Made by a program: the position numbers and the translations under genes. The notes under the pieces are model-generated. The model saw only the letters and a program-made list of their open reading frames with translations, made no database searches and was not told where the DNA came from. From a virus (Duplodnaviria > Heunggongvirae > Uroviricota > Caudoviricetes): a DNA stretch of 45,334 nucleotides. Location of the stretch: IMG/VR virus record IMGVR_UViG_2663763534_000006; one strand, written 5' to 3'. Of this stretch, positions 8,816 through 18,242 are shown one piece after another; the first letter of the stretch is position 1, and each line of letters begins with the position of its first letter.

Positions 8816-9475
8816 TCACCCAAACGTCTCTTCAGGCCATTGGCTGGCGATAACTTTCCCCACAACGGAACAACTCTCATTGCATGGGATCATTGGGTAT
8901 TGTGGGTTTAGTGGCTGTAGAAACACCTGACCGCTATCCCTGATCAGTTTCTTGAAGGTAAATTCATCACCACCAAGTCTGGCTATGCAGAAATCGCCGG
9001 GCTCAACAGCTTGCTCAGGGTCAACCAGAATTAACATCCCGTCAGGAAAGCTGGGTTTGGAACCTGTTGGTGCGGTCATTGAGTTACCTTCAACCTCAAG
9101 CCAGAATGCAGAGTCACTGGCTTTTTTGGTTGTGCTTACCAATCTCTCCGCATCGCCTTTGGTAAAGGTTCTGAGTTCTGGAGAGAACATCCCAGCCTGA
9201 ACATGAGAAAAAACAGGGTACTCATATTGTTTTTTAACTGGGGCCGATGAGTATTCGCCAACAGGTGAAAATGTCCCGTCGTGGTTGAATGATATGTTAT
9301 CAATACCAAGGTATTTAAACACCACACCAATATCACTAAGAGATGGATGACGAGATCCGCGCAACCAGTGTCCAATCCCACCCTGCGTCATACCTAGCTC
9401 TTCGGCTAACTTCTCTTGAGTTATGCCGAGCTCTTTCATTCTGGATCTAGCCAGTTCATACCATTTCATTTTCAT
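8816..9475 (-). CDS. cI: CI repressor (LexA-like S24 C-terminal domain)
   Basis: Start placed at the internal Met MKMKWYEL (9475) preceded by AAGGA. C-terminal part ([29 protein letters not shown]...[18 protein letters not shown]) matches lambda cI; N-terminal HTH domain ([23 protein letters not shown]) is different. Confidence 0.9.
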   Translation of the reverse strand: MKMKWYELARSRMKELGITQEKLAEELGMTQGGIGHWLRGSRHPSLSDIGVVFKYLGIDNISFNHDGTFSPVGEYSSAPVKKQYEYPVFSHVQAGMFSPELRTFTKGDAERLVSTTKKASDSAFWLEVEGNSMTAPTGSKPSFPDGMLILVDPEQAVEPGDFCIARLGGDEFTFKKLIRDSGQVFLQPLNPQYPMIPCNESCSVVGKVIASQWPEETFG

Positions 9476-9586
9476 GTCCTTATTATTACGCTCTGTACTG
9501 GAACCATCCATGCACAATGTGTATTTTTACTTGTATTCGCAAAGTACATATTGTATTTTTTTATTCGTGTTTACTATGGAGGGCAT
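9476..9586. promoter_or_regulatory. OR operator / divergent pRM-pR region
   Basis: 111-bp cI-cro intergenic region, AT-rich, with repeated TTGTA/TACA half-sites (e.g. TACAtatTGTA at 9545-9555) resembling those in the OL candidate. Confidence 0.5.
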
Positions 9587-9802
9587 ATGAGCAACCTACG
9601 AAAATATCGAGAGTCACTGAATATCTCTCAAACAACACTTGCTAAGGCAGTTGGATGCACACAGGGAGCTATCGGACATTGGGAATCTGGTCGTCGCTTC
9701 CCAGACCTTAAAACATGCCGTGCTCTTGTTGCGTGCCTAAACAAGTTAGGCGCAAAAGTCAGTCTTGATGACGTGTTCCCGCCGGAACACAAAGCCGCTT
9801 AA
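9587..9802 (+). CDS. cro: Cro-like HTH repressor
   Basis: 71-aa ORF divergent from cI, SD GGAGGG upstream; HTH segment ISQTTLAKAVGCTQGAIGHWESG. Confidence 0.75.
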   Translation: MSNLRKYRESLNISQTTLAKAVGCTQGAIGHWESGRRFPDLKTCRALVACLNKLGAKVSLDDVFPPEHKAA

Positions 9803-9812
9803 TAAGCGGATC

Positions 9813-9858
9813 CGCTCTTTGTAACAACGGACATTCGTCCTACGTCGCTGAAAAGCGA
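9813..9858 (+). promoter_or_regulatory. nutR candidate (boxA-like plus boxB hairpin)
   Basis: CGCTCTTT (9813-9820) followed by hairpin TCGCT-GAAAA-GCGA (9843-9856) just downstream of cro. Confidence 0.45.
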
Positions 9859-9943
9859 GTTCCAAGATATCTGACCAACTAAGGCCATATGCGTTTCCAT
9901 GCATACCTTTCAACTAACTATTCACTATTGGAAATCTTAAGAA

Positions 9944-10240
9944 ATGGAAAGAACAAGTTACAGCAAACTATCACAGCGTGACGTTGATCGCGCAGAAACA
10001 GATTTACTTATCAATCTGTCAGCTATTACCCAGCGCGGTCTGGCAAAGATGATTGGCTGTCATGAATCGAAGATAAGCAGAACGGACTGGAGATTTATTG
10101 CTTCGGTCTTGTGTGCTTTCGGAATGGCATCAGACATCAGTCCGATTAGCAGGGCTTTTAAGTATGCGCTTGATGGACTCACCAATAAAAAACGCCCGGC
10201 GGCAACCGAGCGTTCTGAACAAATCCAGATGGAATTCTGA
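9944..10240 (+). CDS. cII: CII transcriptional activator (hybrid)
   Basis: 98-aa ORF; C-terminal LTNKKRPAATERSEQIQMEF matches lambda cII, N-terminal two-thirds differ. Confidence 0.8.
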   Translation: MERTSYSKLSQRDVDRAETDLLINLSAITQRGLAKMIGCHESKISRTDWRFIASVLCAFGMASDISPISRAFKYALDGLTNKKRPAATERSEQIQMEF

Positions 10241-10272
10241 GGTCATTACTGGATCAATCCACAGGAGTCATT

Positions 10273-11172
10273 ATGACAAATACAGCAAAAATACTCAACT
10301 TCTGCAGAGGTAACTTTGCCAAACAGGAGCGTAATGTGGCAGATCTCGATGATGGTTACGCCAGACTATCAAATATGCTGCTTGAGGCTTATTCAGGCGC
10401 AGATCTGACCAAGCGACAGTTTAAAGTGCTGCTTGCCATTCTGCGTAAAACCTATGGATGGAATAAACCAATGGACAGAATCACCGATTCTCAACTTAGC
10501 GAGATTACAAAGTTACCCGTCAAACGGTGCAATGAAGCCAAGTTAGAACTCGTCAGAATGAATATTATCAAGCAGCAAGGCGGCATGTTTGGACCAAATA
10601 AAAACATCTCAGAATGGTGTATCCCTCAAAACGAGGGAAAATCCCCTAAAACGAGGGATAAAACATCCCTCAAATTGGGGGATTGCTATCCCTCAAAACA
10701 GGGGGACACAAAAGACACTATTACAAAAGAAAAAAGAAAAGATTATTCGTCAGAGAATTCTGGCGAATCCTCTGACCAGCCAGAAAACGACCTTTCTGTG
10801 GTGAAACCGGATGCTGCAATTCAGAGCGGCAGCAAGTGGGGGACAGCAGAAGACCTGACCGCCGCAGAATGGATGTTTGACATGGTGAAGACCATCGCGC
10901 CATCAGCCAGAAAACCGAATTTTGCAGGGTGGGCTAACGATATCCGCCTGATGCGTGAACGTGACGGACGTAACCATCGCGACATGTGTGTACTGTTCCG
11001 CTGGGCATGCCAGGACAACTTCTGGTCCGGTAACGTGCTGAGCCCGGCCAAACTCCGCGACAAGTGGACCCAGCTCGAAATCAACCGTAACAAGCAACAG
11101 GCAGGTGTGACAGCCTGCAAACCAAAACTCGACCTGACAAACACTGACTGGATTTACGGGGTGGATTTATGA
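10273..11172 (+). CDS. O: Replication initiator O
   Basis: 299-aa translation (MTNTAKILNF...WIYGVDL) matches lambda O; contains the ori iterons. Confidence 0.95.
   Translation: MTNTAKILNFCRGNFAKQERNVADLDDGYARLSNMLLEAYSGADLTKRQFKVLLAILRKTYGWNKPMDRITDSQLSEITKLPVKRCNEAKLELVRMNIIKQQGGMFGPNKNISEWCIPQNEGKSPKTRDKTSLKLGDCYPSKQGDTKDTITKEKRKDYSSENSGESSDQPENDLSVVKPDAAIQSGSKWGTAEDLTAAEWMFDMVKTIAPSARKPNFAGWANDIRLMRERDGRNHRDMCVLFRWACQDNFWSGNVLSPAKLRDKWTQLEINRNKQQAGVTACKPKLDLTNTDWIYGVDL
10621..10750. repeat. Replication origin: four iterons plus AT-rich stretch inside O
   Basis: Four about 18-bp direct repeats ATCCCTCAAAACGAGGGA-like at 10621, 10642, 10665, 10688, followed by an A-rich segment (10706-10750). 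Confidence 0.75.
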
Positions 11173-11870
11173 AAAACATCGCCGCACAGATGGTTAATTT
11201 TGACCGTGAGCAGATGCGTCGGATCGCCAACAACATGCCGGAACAGTACGACGAAAAGCCGCAGGTACAGCAGGTAGCGCAGATCATCAACGGTGTGTTC
11301 AGCCAGTTACTGGCAACTTTCCCGGCGAGTCTGGCTAACCGTGACCAGAACGAACTGAACGAAATCCGCCGCCAGTGGGTTCTGGCTTTCCGGGAAAACG
11401 GGATCACCACAATGGAACAGGTTAACGCAGGAATGCGCGTAGCCCGTCGGCAGAATCGACCATTTCTGCCATCACCCGGGCAGTTTGTTGCATGGTGCCG
11501 GGAAGAAGCATCCGTTATCGCCGGACTGCCAAACGTCAGCGAGCTGGTTGATATGGTTTACGAGTATTGCCGGAAGCGAGGCCTGTATCCGGATGCAGAG
11601 TCTTATCCGTGGAAATCGAACGCGCACTACTGGCTGGTTACCAACCTGTACCAGAACATGCGGGCCAATGCGCTGACTGACGCGGAATTACGACGCAAGG
11701 CTGCCGATGAACTGACCTGTATGACAGCGCGAATTAACCGTGGTGAGACGATACCTGAACCAGTAAAACAACTTCCTGTCATGGGCGGCAGACCTCTAAA
11801 TCGTGTTCAGGCGCTGGCGAAGATCGCAGAAATTAAAGCTAAGTTAGGACTGAAAGGAGCAAGTGTATGA
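11169..11870 (+). CDS. P: Replication protein P (DnaB helicase loader)
   Basis: 233-aa ORF, 4-nt overlap with O; translation matches lambda P. Confidence 0.95.
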   Translation: MKNIAAQMVNFDREQMRRIANNMPEQYDEKPQVQQVAQIINGVFSQLLATFPASLANRDQNELNEIRRQWVLAFRENGITTMEQVNAGMRVARRQNRPFLPSPGQFVAWCREEASVIAGLPNVSELVDMVYEYCRKRGLYPDAESYPWKSNAHYWLVTNLYQNMRANALTDAELRRKAADELTCMTARINRGETIPEPVKQLPVMGGRPLNRVQALAKIAEIKAKLGLKGASV

Positions 11871-12157
11871 CGGGCAAAGAGGCAATTATTCATTACCTGG
11901 GGACGCATAATAGCTTCTGTGCGCCGGACGTTGCCGCGCTAACAGGCGCAACAGTAACCAGCATAAATCAGGCCGCGGCTAAAATGGCACGGGCAGGTCT
12001 TCTGGTTATCGAAGGTAAGGTCTGGCGAACGGTGTATTACCGGTTTGCTACCAAGGAAGAACGGGAAGGAAAGATGAGCACGAACCTGATTTTTAAGGAG
12101 TGTCGCCAGAGTGCCACGATGAAACGGATATTGGCGGTATATGGAGTTAAAAGATGA
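11867..12157 (+). CDS. ren: Ren
   Basis: 96-aa ORF overlapping the P stop; MTGKEAIIHYLGTHNSFCAPDVAALTGATVTSINQAAAKMARAGLL matches lambda Ren. Confidence 0.85.
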   Translation: MTGKEAIIHYLGTHNSFCAPDVAALTGATVTSINQAAAKMARAGLLVIEGKVWRTVYYRFATKEEREGKMSTNLIFKECRQSATMKRILAVYGVKR

Positions 12158-12182
12158 CCATCTACATCACTGAGCTAATAAC

Positions 12183-12214
12183 AGGCCTGCAGGTAATCGC
12201 AGGCCTTTTTATTT
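12183..12214 (+). terminator. Intrinsic terminator (tR2-like)
   Basis: Hairpin AGGCCTGCaggtaatcGCAGGCCT followed by TTTTTATTT, between ren and ninB. Confidence 0.55.
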
Positions 12215-12230
12215 GGGGGAGAGGGAAGTC

Positions 12231-12671
12231 ATGAAAAAACTAACCTTTGAAATTCGATCTCCGGCACATCAGCAAAACGCTATTCACGCAGTACAGCAAA
12301 TCCTTCCAGACCCAACCAAACCAATCGTAGTAACCATTCAGGAACGCAACCGCAGCTTAGACCAAAACAGGAAGCTATGGGCCTGCTTAGGTGACGTCTC
12401 TCGTCAGGTTGAATGGCATGGTCGCTGGCTGGATGCAGAAAGCTGGAAGTGTGTGTTTACCGCAGCATTAAAGCAGCAGGATGTTGTTCCTAACCTTGCC
12501 GGGAATGGCTTTGTGGTAATAGGCCAGTCAACCAGCAGGATGCGTGTAAGCGAATTTGCGGAGCTATTAGAGCTTATACAGGCATTCGGTACAGAGCGTG
12601 GCGTTAAGTGGTCAGACGAAGCGCGACTGGCTCTCGAATGGAAAGCGCGATGGGGAGATCGGGCTGCATGA
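12231..12671 (+). CDS. ninB: NinB (recombination protein)
   Basis: Start at MKKLTFEIRS; translation matches lambda NinB. Confidence 0.85.
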   Translation: MKKLTFEIRSPAHQQNAIHAVQQILPDPTKPIVVTIQERNRSLDQNRKLWACLGDVSRQVEWHGRWLDAESWKCVFTAALKQQDVVPNLAGNGFVVIGQSTSRMRVSEFAELLELIQAFGTERGVKWSDEARLALEWKARWGDRAA

Positions 12672-13195
12672 CTATCAAATCAAATACGCCAGCACACGAC
12701 AAGGACTGCTGGCAAACGCCGCTTTGGCTTTTTGATGCACTGGATATTGAGTTTGGATTCTGGCTGGATTCGGCAGCGAGCGACAAAAATGCTCTGTGCG
12801 CTCACTGGCTAACTGAGGACGACGACGCGCTCAATTCTGAGTGGGTAAGCCACGGTGCAATCTGGAATAACCCACCGTACAGCAATATCAGGCCGTGGGT
12901 GGAAAAAGCCGCTGAGCAGTGTATACAACAGCGACAGACGGTAGTGATGCTTGTGCCAGAGGATATGTCTGTCGGATGGTTCAGCAAGGCTCTGGAGAGT
13001 GTTGACGAAGTTCGTATTATCACTGATGGACGGATTAATTTTATCGAACCATCGACAGGGCTGGAGAAGAAGGGAAACAGCAAAGGCTCCATGCTGCTGA
13101 TTTGGCGACCGTTCATCAGTCCTCGACGGATGTTTACTACCGTATCCAAAGCGGCATTGATGGCGATCGGGCAGGGCGTCAGGAGGGCTGCATGA
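12668..13195 (+). CDS. Phage DNA N6-adenine methyltransferase
   Basis: 175-aa ORF with ATGA overlap to ninB; contains the NPPY motif ([10 protein letters not shown]) of N6-adenine methyltransferases. No adjacent restriction endonuclease gene seen. Confidence 0.75.
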   Translation: MTIKSNTPAHDKDCWQTPLWLFDALDIEFGFWLDSAASDKNALCAHWLTEDDDALNSEWVSHGAIWNNPPYSNIRPWVEKAAEQCIQQRQTVVMLVPEDMSVGWFSKALESVDEVRIITDGRINFIEPSTGLEKKGNSKGSMLLIWRPFISPRRMFTTVSKAALMAIGQGVRRAA

Positions 13196-13368
13196 GACGA
13201 CAGCGACGAAGCATCACCGACATAATCTGCGAAAACTGCAAATACCTTCCAACGAAACGCTCCAGAAATAAACGCAAGCTAATCCCAAAAGAATCTGACG
13301 TAAAAACCTTCAATTACACAGCCCACCTGTGGGATATCCGGTGGCTAAGATATCGTGCGAGGAAATGA
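13192..13368 (+). CDS. ninE: NinE-like protein
   Basis: 58-aa [26 protein letters not shown]..., ATGA-coupled to the methyltransferase gene; resembles lambda NinE. Confidence 0.6.
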   Translation: MRRQRRSITDIICENCKYLPTKRSRNKRKLIPKESDVKTFNYTAHLWDIRWLRYRARK

Positions 13369-13712
13369 CAATGGATTATTCACAGTTAAGTGATTTTGAA
13401 ATTAACAGAATGGTAGGAGACATAATTTTTAAAGGCCTTTGGGCAAGTAAACCGGAAACATCAGGGAATAACACCAACAAATGGTATTACGGAAATGCTG
13501 ATACAACTTTTGAGCCATTAAATCATTTGCCTGACTACTGCAATGATCCGAGCGCTTCATGGCCGATTATTGAGAAATACAGGATTTCTATCTTAGACCA
13601 GTTAACTGAATGGTGTGTGGATGCAAAAGGCGTAAGCCCAATATTTGATACCAGACCTCTCCGCGCCGCCATGATTGTCTTTCTCCTGATGCAGGAGGCC
13701 AATAATGCTTAG
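13365..13712 (+). CDS. Hypothetical nin-region protein
   Basis: 115-aa ORF, ATGA-coupled to ninE; function unknown. Confidence 0.5.
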   Translation: MTMDYSQLSDFEINRMVGDIIFKGLWASKPETSGNNTNKWYYGNADTTFEPLNHLPDYCNDPSASWPIIEKYRISILDQLTEWCVDAKGVSPIFDTRPLRAAMIVFLLMQEANNA

Positions 13713-13899
13713 CCCATCTCAATCCCTTCAATACCTGAAAGAAAGCATAGAGCGGGCTTCAATGTGCACAGAGTGGATTCTATCTAGGTTTAGCGCATAC
13801 AGAAGATTGCCGGTAAAGGGCATGCCAAGCAAGTCGATGCTGCATATGCAAAAGAATGCGCGCTGGAAGGTATGGCGAGAACACAGGTTATGTGGCTGA
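13705..13899 (+). CDS. Small nin-region ORF with NinF-like N-terminus
   Basis: 64-aa ORF; the first about 18 residues ([18 protein letters not shown]) resemble lambda NinF as recalled, the remainder does not. Confidence 0.4.
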   Translation: MLSPSQSLQYLKESIERASMCTEWILSRFSAYRRLPVKGMPSKSMLHMQKNARWKVWREHRLCG

Positions 13900-13918
13900 A
13901 AGAGGGGGTTATTAAGGC

Positions 13919-14281
13919 GTGAATACCTACAGCATCACATTACCCTGGCCTCCGAGCAATAATCGCTATTACCGCCATAATCGCGGGCGCACGCACGTCA
14001 GCGCAGAGGGGCAGGCATACCGCGATAACGTCGCCCGAATCATTAAAAACGCAATGCTGGATATCGGCCTGGCTATGCCTGTGAAAATCCGCATTGAGTG
14101 CCACATGCCGGATCGCCGTCGCCGTGACCTGGATAATCTGCAAAAAGCCGCTTTTGACGCACTCACTAAAGCAGGTTTCTGGCTGGATGATGCTCAGGTC
14201 GTTGATTACCGCGTTGTGAAGATGCCTGTTACCAAAGGTGGGAGGCTGGAACTGACCATCACCGAAATGGGGAATGAATGA
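13919..14281 (+). CDS. rusA: RusA Holliday junction resolvase
   Basis: 120-aa ORF with GTG start; translation ([23 protein letters not shown]...) matches E. coli prophage RusA. Confidence 0.9.
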   Translation: MNTYSITLPWPPSNNRYYRHNRGRTHVSAEGQAYRDNVARIIKNAMLDIGLAMPVKIRIECHMPDRRRRDLDNLQKAAFDALTKAGFWLDDAQVVDYRVVKMPVTKGGRLELTITEMGNE

Positions 14282-14418
14282 TGTTTGAGTTTAATATGGC
14301 AGAACTTCTTCGCCACCGCTGGGGGCGTCTGCGCTTATATCGTTTCCTCGGTTCTGTTTTGACCGATTACCGAATACTGAAGAATTACGCCAAAACCCTG
14401 ACAGGAACAGGAGTATGA
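14278..14418 (+). CDS. Small ORF downstream of rusA (ylcG-like)
   Basis: 46-codon [49 protein letters not shown] overlapping the rusA stop; below the ORF-track cutoff, read directly from the sequence. Confidence 0.35.
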   Translation: MMFEFNMAELLRHRWGRLRLYRFLGSVLTDYRILKNYAKTLTGTGV

Positions 14419-14503
14419 AGTCAGAGATAACAATCAACTAATACTGTTTTGTTGATTTTTGCTTGTAATTGGCGTTCTGGTCTGATTTTTGTGGAGTAAG
14501 TTG

Positions 14504-14887
14504 ATGCGTGATATTCAGATGGTTCTTGAGCGTTGGGGTGCGTGGGCGGCTAATAATCATGAAGATGTGACCTGGTCGTCCATTGCCGCCGGTTTTAAGG
14601 GATTAATTCCTTCAAAAGTAAAATCTCGCCCGCAATGTTGTGACGATGACGCGATGATCATTTGCGGGTGCATGGCCCGTCTGAAAAAGAACAACAGCGA
14701 TTTACACGATTTATTAGTAGATTATTATGTATGTGGTATGACATTCATGTCACTGGCAAGTAAGCATTGCTGCTCGGATGGTTATATCGGGAAAAGGTTA
14801 CAGAAGGCTGAGGGCATAATTGAAGGGATGTTAATGGCATTAGATATCCGGTTAGATATGGATATCGTTGCTAATAATTCTAATTGA
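14504..14887 (+). CDS. Q: Late-gene antiterminator Q (phage 21 / QuuD type)
   Basis: Start placed at the ATG giving [24 protein letters not shown]...; Cys-rich Q-like protein upstream of the lysis region. Confidence 0.85.
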   Translation: MRDIQMVLERWGAWAANNHEDVTWSSIAAGFKGLIPSKVKSRPQCCDDDAMIICGCMARLKKNNSDLHDLLVDYYVCGMTFMSLASKHCCSDGYIGKRLQKAEGIIEGMLMALDIRLDMDIVANNSN

Positions 14888-14919
14888 TATGCAATTGTTT
14901 ACTAAAAGTTATTAAAAAT

Positions 14920-14938
14920 GGGGCGTGGAAACGCCCCC
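14920..14938 (-). terminator. Intrinsic terminator candidate for the porin transcript
   Basis: Hairpin GGGGCGtggaaaCGCCCC followed on the minus strand by ATTTTTAATAACTTTT, downstream of the porin stop. Confidence 0.4.
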
Positions 14939-15028
14939 AAAATAAAGGGTAATATATAACAGAAGGTTTATATAGTAAGAAGCAAGGTAGTGCTTCTAAA
15001 GGAAGTGGCTTGAGGGCTCCACTTATAT

Positions 15029-15064
15029 GTTGCGGAGGCAAAGCCTCCCGCAACATATCTTTTT
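15029..15064 (+). terminator. Intrinsic terminator downstream of Q
   Basis: Hairpin GTTGCGGAGGcaaagCCTCCCGCAAC followed by ATATCTTTTT on the plus strand, between the Q stop and the porin stop. Confidence 0.5.
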
Positions 15065-15075
15065 CGTAAGTCAGA

Positions 15076-16158
15076 TTAGAACTGATAAACCAGACCTACA
15101 GCGACGATGTCGTCGGTATCAATACCAGCTGTTTTGGTAAACTTACTATCGTCAATTAAGTTGATTTTGTAATCAACAAAAGTGGACATGTTTTTATTAA
15201 AGTAGTAAGTAGCACCGACATCGACATACTTGACTAAGTCTCGGTCACCATGAACACCAAGGTCTTTACCTTTTGACTGAAGGTAAGCAACAGATGGACG
15301 CAGACCGAAGTCAAACTGATATTGTGCTACTGCTTCAAAGTTTTGTGCTTTGTTTGCAATATGGTTATTACCAAAAACGGTCATATTCTGAGTTTCAGAA
15401 TATGTGGTAGCCAGATAGATATTGTTCGCATCATATTTCAGGCCTGCAGCCCATACTTCCGCATTTTTGCCGGAGGCATTGAATTTGCTCTTACCATAGG
15501 CGACCTGACCGTCAGTGCGATCTGATTTAGCATAGGTTGCACCCACGCCGAATCCTTCATACTCATAAGTAGTGGAGAAACCGAAACCATCACCATTGGC
15601 TTCAGTTACGTCAGTGCGGTCATTTTTACCCTGATACTGAGCAGCAAAGTTCAGGCCATCGACCAGACCAAAGAAGTCGTTGTTACGATAAGTTGCAACA
15701 CCAGTAGTGCGACCAGTCATGAACACATCTGTTTGGGTCCAGGTATCACCACCGAATTCTGGCAGAACGTCAGTCCACGCACCGATGTCGTATGCTACAC
15801 CGTAGTTACGGCCGTAATCGATTGAGCCGTAATCACCAAATTTCAGGCCTGCAAATGCAAGACGGGTTTTGTCTTTGGAAGAACCTTGAGATTCAGCACG
15901 GTTGCCTTTGAATTCATATTCCCACTGACCGAAACCAGTCAGTTGATCGTTGATTTGGGTTTCACCTTTGAAGCCAAGACGGGCATAAGTAGTATCACCA
16001 TCATCTGCATCATTAGAGGAGAAGTAGTGCTTGGCATTAACTTTCCCGTATAGATCCAGCTTGTTACTGTCTTTATTATAAATTTCAGCTGCCTGAGCAG
16101 ACATCGCCATCAGTACTGATGCAGCTACAGCAGAAATTGCCACTGTTAATTTTTTCAT
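15076..16158 (-). CDS. Outer-membrane general porin (OmpC/NmpC/Lc family)
   Basis: Start placed at [23 protein letters not shown] (signal peptide); beta-barrel porin features incl. C-terminal ...VGLVYQF; intact ORF on the strand opposite to late transcription. Confidence 0.9.
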   Translation of the reverse strand: MKKLTVAISAVAASVLMAMSAQAAEIYNKDSNKLDLYGKVNAKHYFSSNDADDGDTTYARLGFKGETQINDQLTGFGQWEYEFKGNRAESQGSSKDKTRLAFAGLKFGDYGSIDYGRNYGVAYDIGAWTDVLPEFGGDTWTQTDVFMTGRTTGVATYRNNDFFGLVDGLNFAAQYQGKNDRTDVTEANGDGFGFSTTYEYEGFGVGATYAKSDRTDGQVAYGKSKFNASGKNAEVWAAGLKYDANNIYLATTYSETQNMTVFGNNHIANKAQNFEAVAQYQFDFGLRPSVAYLQSKGKDLGVHGDRDLVKYVDVGATYYFNKNMSTFVDYKINLIDDSKFTKTAGIDTDDIVAVGLVYQF

Positions 16159-16584
16159 TGTACGCCCTTTTTTTGAACTATTATTAAAAAATGATGTCAC
16201 TGCGCGATAAATATTCATCTAATCAATGTGATTATTTCAAGATGTAAGTTTTAGTTTCTCATTTAATTTGTGAAGTAGATCTCTATTTTTATCTGAACCT
16301 TTTCTATCTAATCCTATTCATGGCTCTTGTCTGAACAAAAATAAATCTATTAGCTAATTTATATTAATGGCACTTATTTATAAGTGCTCTATAATTCTTT
16401 AGCTTAATTTAAACAAACTAAAAATAACATCGGAAATTATTAACTGGTTATTTGTTGAAGTTTTCTTATGCATTTGTGGTGGTGTTTTGAACACTCGGTG
16501 GCATTCTCACAAATATCATTTAGTAGTTTACGTACGTAAAAAATTGGTTATGCTGTTAAGAGTGGTTACTTCGTCACACAGCTT

Positions 16585-16610
16585 AAACCCGCCGTCGAGC
16601 GGGTTTTTCC
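16585..16610 (+). terminator. Intrinsic terminator upstream of lysis genes (possible tR')
   Basis: Hairpin AAACCCGCcgtcgaGCGGGTTT followed by TTCCATTTTTT, about 140 bp upstream of the holin start. Confidence 0.45.
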
Positions 16611-16746
16611 ATTTTTTGAGTCTCGATATTAGCTGATAACCCAATACCTGAGTTATTCACTGACTCCGAATCTGTTACGTTTCTGCCTTTATTGCGATAC
16701 GTAGTATCCCCTTAATTTACACCCGCTTTGTCTGCGAGGTGGGGTT

Positions 16747-16962
16747 ATGAAATCCATGGATAAGTTAACAACGGGTGTCGCCTATGGTACCTCAGCAGGT
16801 AGTGCCGGGTACTGGTTTTTACAGTTGCTCGATAAAGTCACGCCCTCACAGTGGGCGGCAATAGGTGTGCTGGGTAGCCTGGTATTTGGCCTGCTGACGT
16901 ACCTGACAAACCTTTATTTCAAGATTAAAGAAGATAAGCGCAAGGCTGCGAGAGGTGAATAA
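16747..16962 (+). CDS. S: Holin (phage-21-type pinholin, class II)
   Basis: 71-aa [32 protein letters not shown]... with dual-start MKSM motif and two TM segments; resembles S21. Confidence 0.85.
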
Positions 16963-17459
16963 TGCCTCCATCATTACGAAAAGCCGTTGCTGCTGCTATT
17001 GGTGGCGGAGCAATTGCTATAGCATCAGTGTTAATCACTGGCCCAAGTGGTAACGATGGTCTGGAAGGTGTCAGCTACATACCATACAAAGATATTGTTG
17101 GTGTATGGACTGTATGTCACGGGCATACAGGAAAAGACATCATGCTCGGTAAAACGTATACCAAAGCAGAATGCAAAGCCCTCCTGAATAAAGACCTTGC
17201 CACGGTCGCCAGACAAATTAACCCGTACATCAAAGTCGATATACCGGAAACAATGCGCGGCGCTCTTTACTCATTCGTTTACAACGTGGGTGCTGGCAAT
17301 TTCAGAACATCGACGCTTCTTCGCAAAATAAACCAGGGCGATATCAAAGGCGCATGTGATCAGCTACGTCGCTGGACATATGCTGGCGGTAAGCAATGGA
17401 AAGGTCTCATGACTCGTCGTGAGATTGAGCGTGAAATCTGTTTGTGGGGTCAGCAATGA
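16962..17459 (+). CDS. R: SAR endolysin (lysozyme)
   Basis: 165-aa ORF overlapping the holin stop; N-terminal signal-anchor-release segment ([16 protein letters not shown]) and lysozyme-like core; resembles R21. Confidence 0.9.
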   Translation: MPPSLRKAVAAAIGGGAIAIASVLITGPSGNDGLEGVSYIPYKDIVGVWTVCHGHTGKDIMLGKTYTKAECKALLNKDLATVARQINPYIKVDIPETMRGALYSFVYNVGAGNFRTSTLLRKINQGDIKGACDQLRRWTYAGGKQWKGLMTRREIEREICLWGQQ

Positions 17460-17917
17460 ACAGAGTAACCGCGATTATCTCCGCTCTGGTTATCTGCATC
17501 ATCGTCTGCCTGTCATGGGCTGTTAATCATTACCGTGATAACGCCATTACCTACAAAGCCCAGCGCGACAAAAATGCCAGAGAACTGACGCTGGCGAACG
17601 CGGTAATTACTGACATACAGATGCGTCAGCGTGATGTTGCTGCGCTCGATGCAAAATACACGAAGGAGTTAGCTGATGCGAAAGCTGAAAATGATGCTCT
17701 GCGTGATGATGTTGCCGCTGGTCGTCGTCGGTTGCACATCAAAGCAGTCTGTCAGTCAGTGCGTGAAGCCACCACCGCCTCCGGCGTGGATAATGCAGCC
17801 TCCCCCCGACTGGCAGACACCGCTGAACGGGATTATTTCACCCTCAGAGAGAGGCTGATCACTATGCAAAAACAACTGGAAGGAACCCAGAAGTATATTA
17901 ATGAGCAGTGCAGATAG
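17456..17917 (+). CDS. Rz: Spanin, inner-membrane subunit
   Basis: Start [23 protein letters not shown]-coupled to R; N-terminal TM plus coiled-coil. Confidence 0.8.
   Translation: MNRVTAIISALVICIIVCLSWAVNHYRDNAITYKAQRDKNARELTLANAVITDIQMRQRDVAALDAKYTKELADAKAENDALRDDVAAGRRRLHIKAVCQSVREATTASGVDNAASPRLADTAERDYFTLRERLITMQKQLEGTQKYINEQCR
17676..17858 (+). CDS. Rz1: Spanin, outer-membrane lipoprotein subunit, embedded in Rz
   Basis: 60-aa ORF in the +1 frame within Rz; lipobox LVVVGC and proline-rich segment ([18 protein letters not shown]), lambda Rz1-like. Confidence 0.7.
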   Translation: MRKLKMMLCVMMLPLVVVGCTSKQSVSQCVKPPPPPAWIMQPPPDWQTPLNGIISPSERG

Positions 17918-17948
17918 AGCTGCCCATATCGATGGGCAACTCATGCAA

Positions 17949-18242
17949 TTATTGTGAGCAATACACACGCGCTTCCAGCGGAGTATAAATGCCTAAAGTA
18001 ATAAAACCGAGCAATCCATTTACGAATGTTTGCTGGGTTTCTGTTTTAACAACATTTTCTGCACCACCACAAATTTTTGCTGCATCGACAGTTTTCTTCT
18101 GCCCAATTCCCGAAACGAAGAAATGATGGGTGATGGTTTCCTTTGGTGTTACTGCTGTAGGTTTGTTTCCAACAGTAAACGTCTGTTGAGCACATCCTGT
18201 AATAAGCATTGCCAGAGCGGCAGAAAACAACATTTTTTTCAT
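17949..18242 (-). CDS. bor: Bor lipoprotein (serum resistance)
   Basis: Start MKKMLFSAALAMLITGC (lipobox); remainder matches lambda Bor. Confidence 0.85.
   Translation of the reverse strand: MKKMLFSAALAMLITGCAQQTFTVGNKPTAVTPKETITHHFFVSGIGQKKTVDAAKICGGAENVVKTETQQTFVNGLLGFITLGIYTPLEARVYCSQ

Noticed and set aside
10589-10804. 71-aa alternative-frame ORF within O
   Set aside because: Overlaps the iteron/AT-rich origin inside O, whose own frame is continuous and matches lambda O.
14888-16746. Shiga toxin or other toxin genes and tRNA genes between Q and the lysis cassette
   Set aside because: Looked for them because Stx phages carry stx and tRNAs at this position; the only gene found is the reverse-strand porin, and no tRNA-like structure was recognised.
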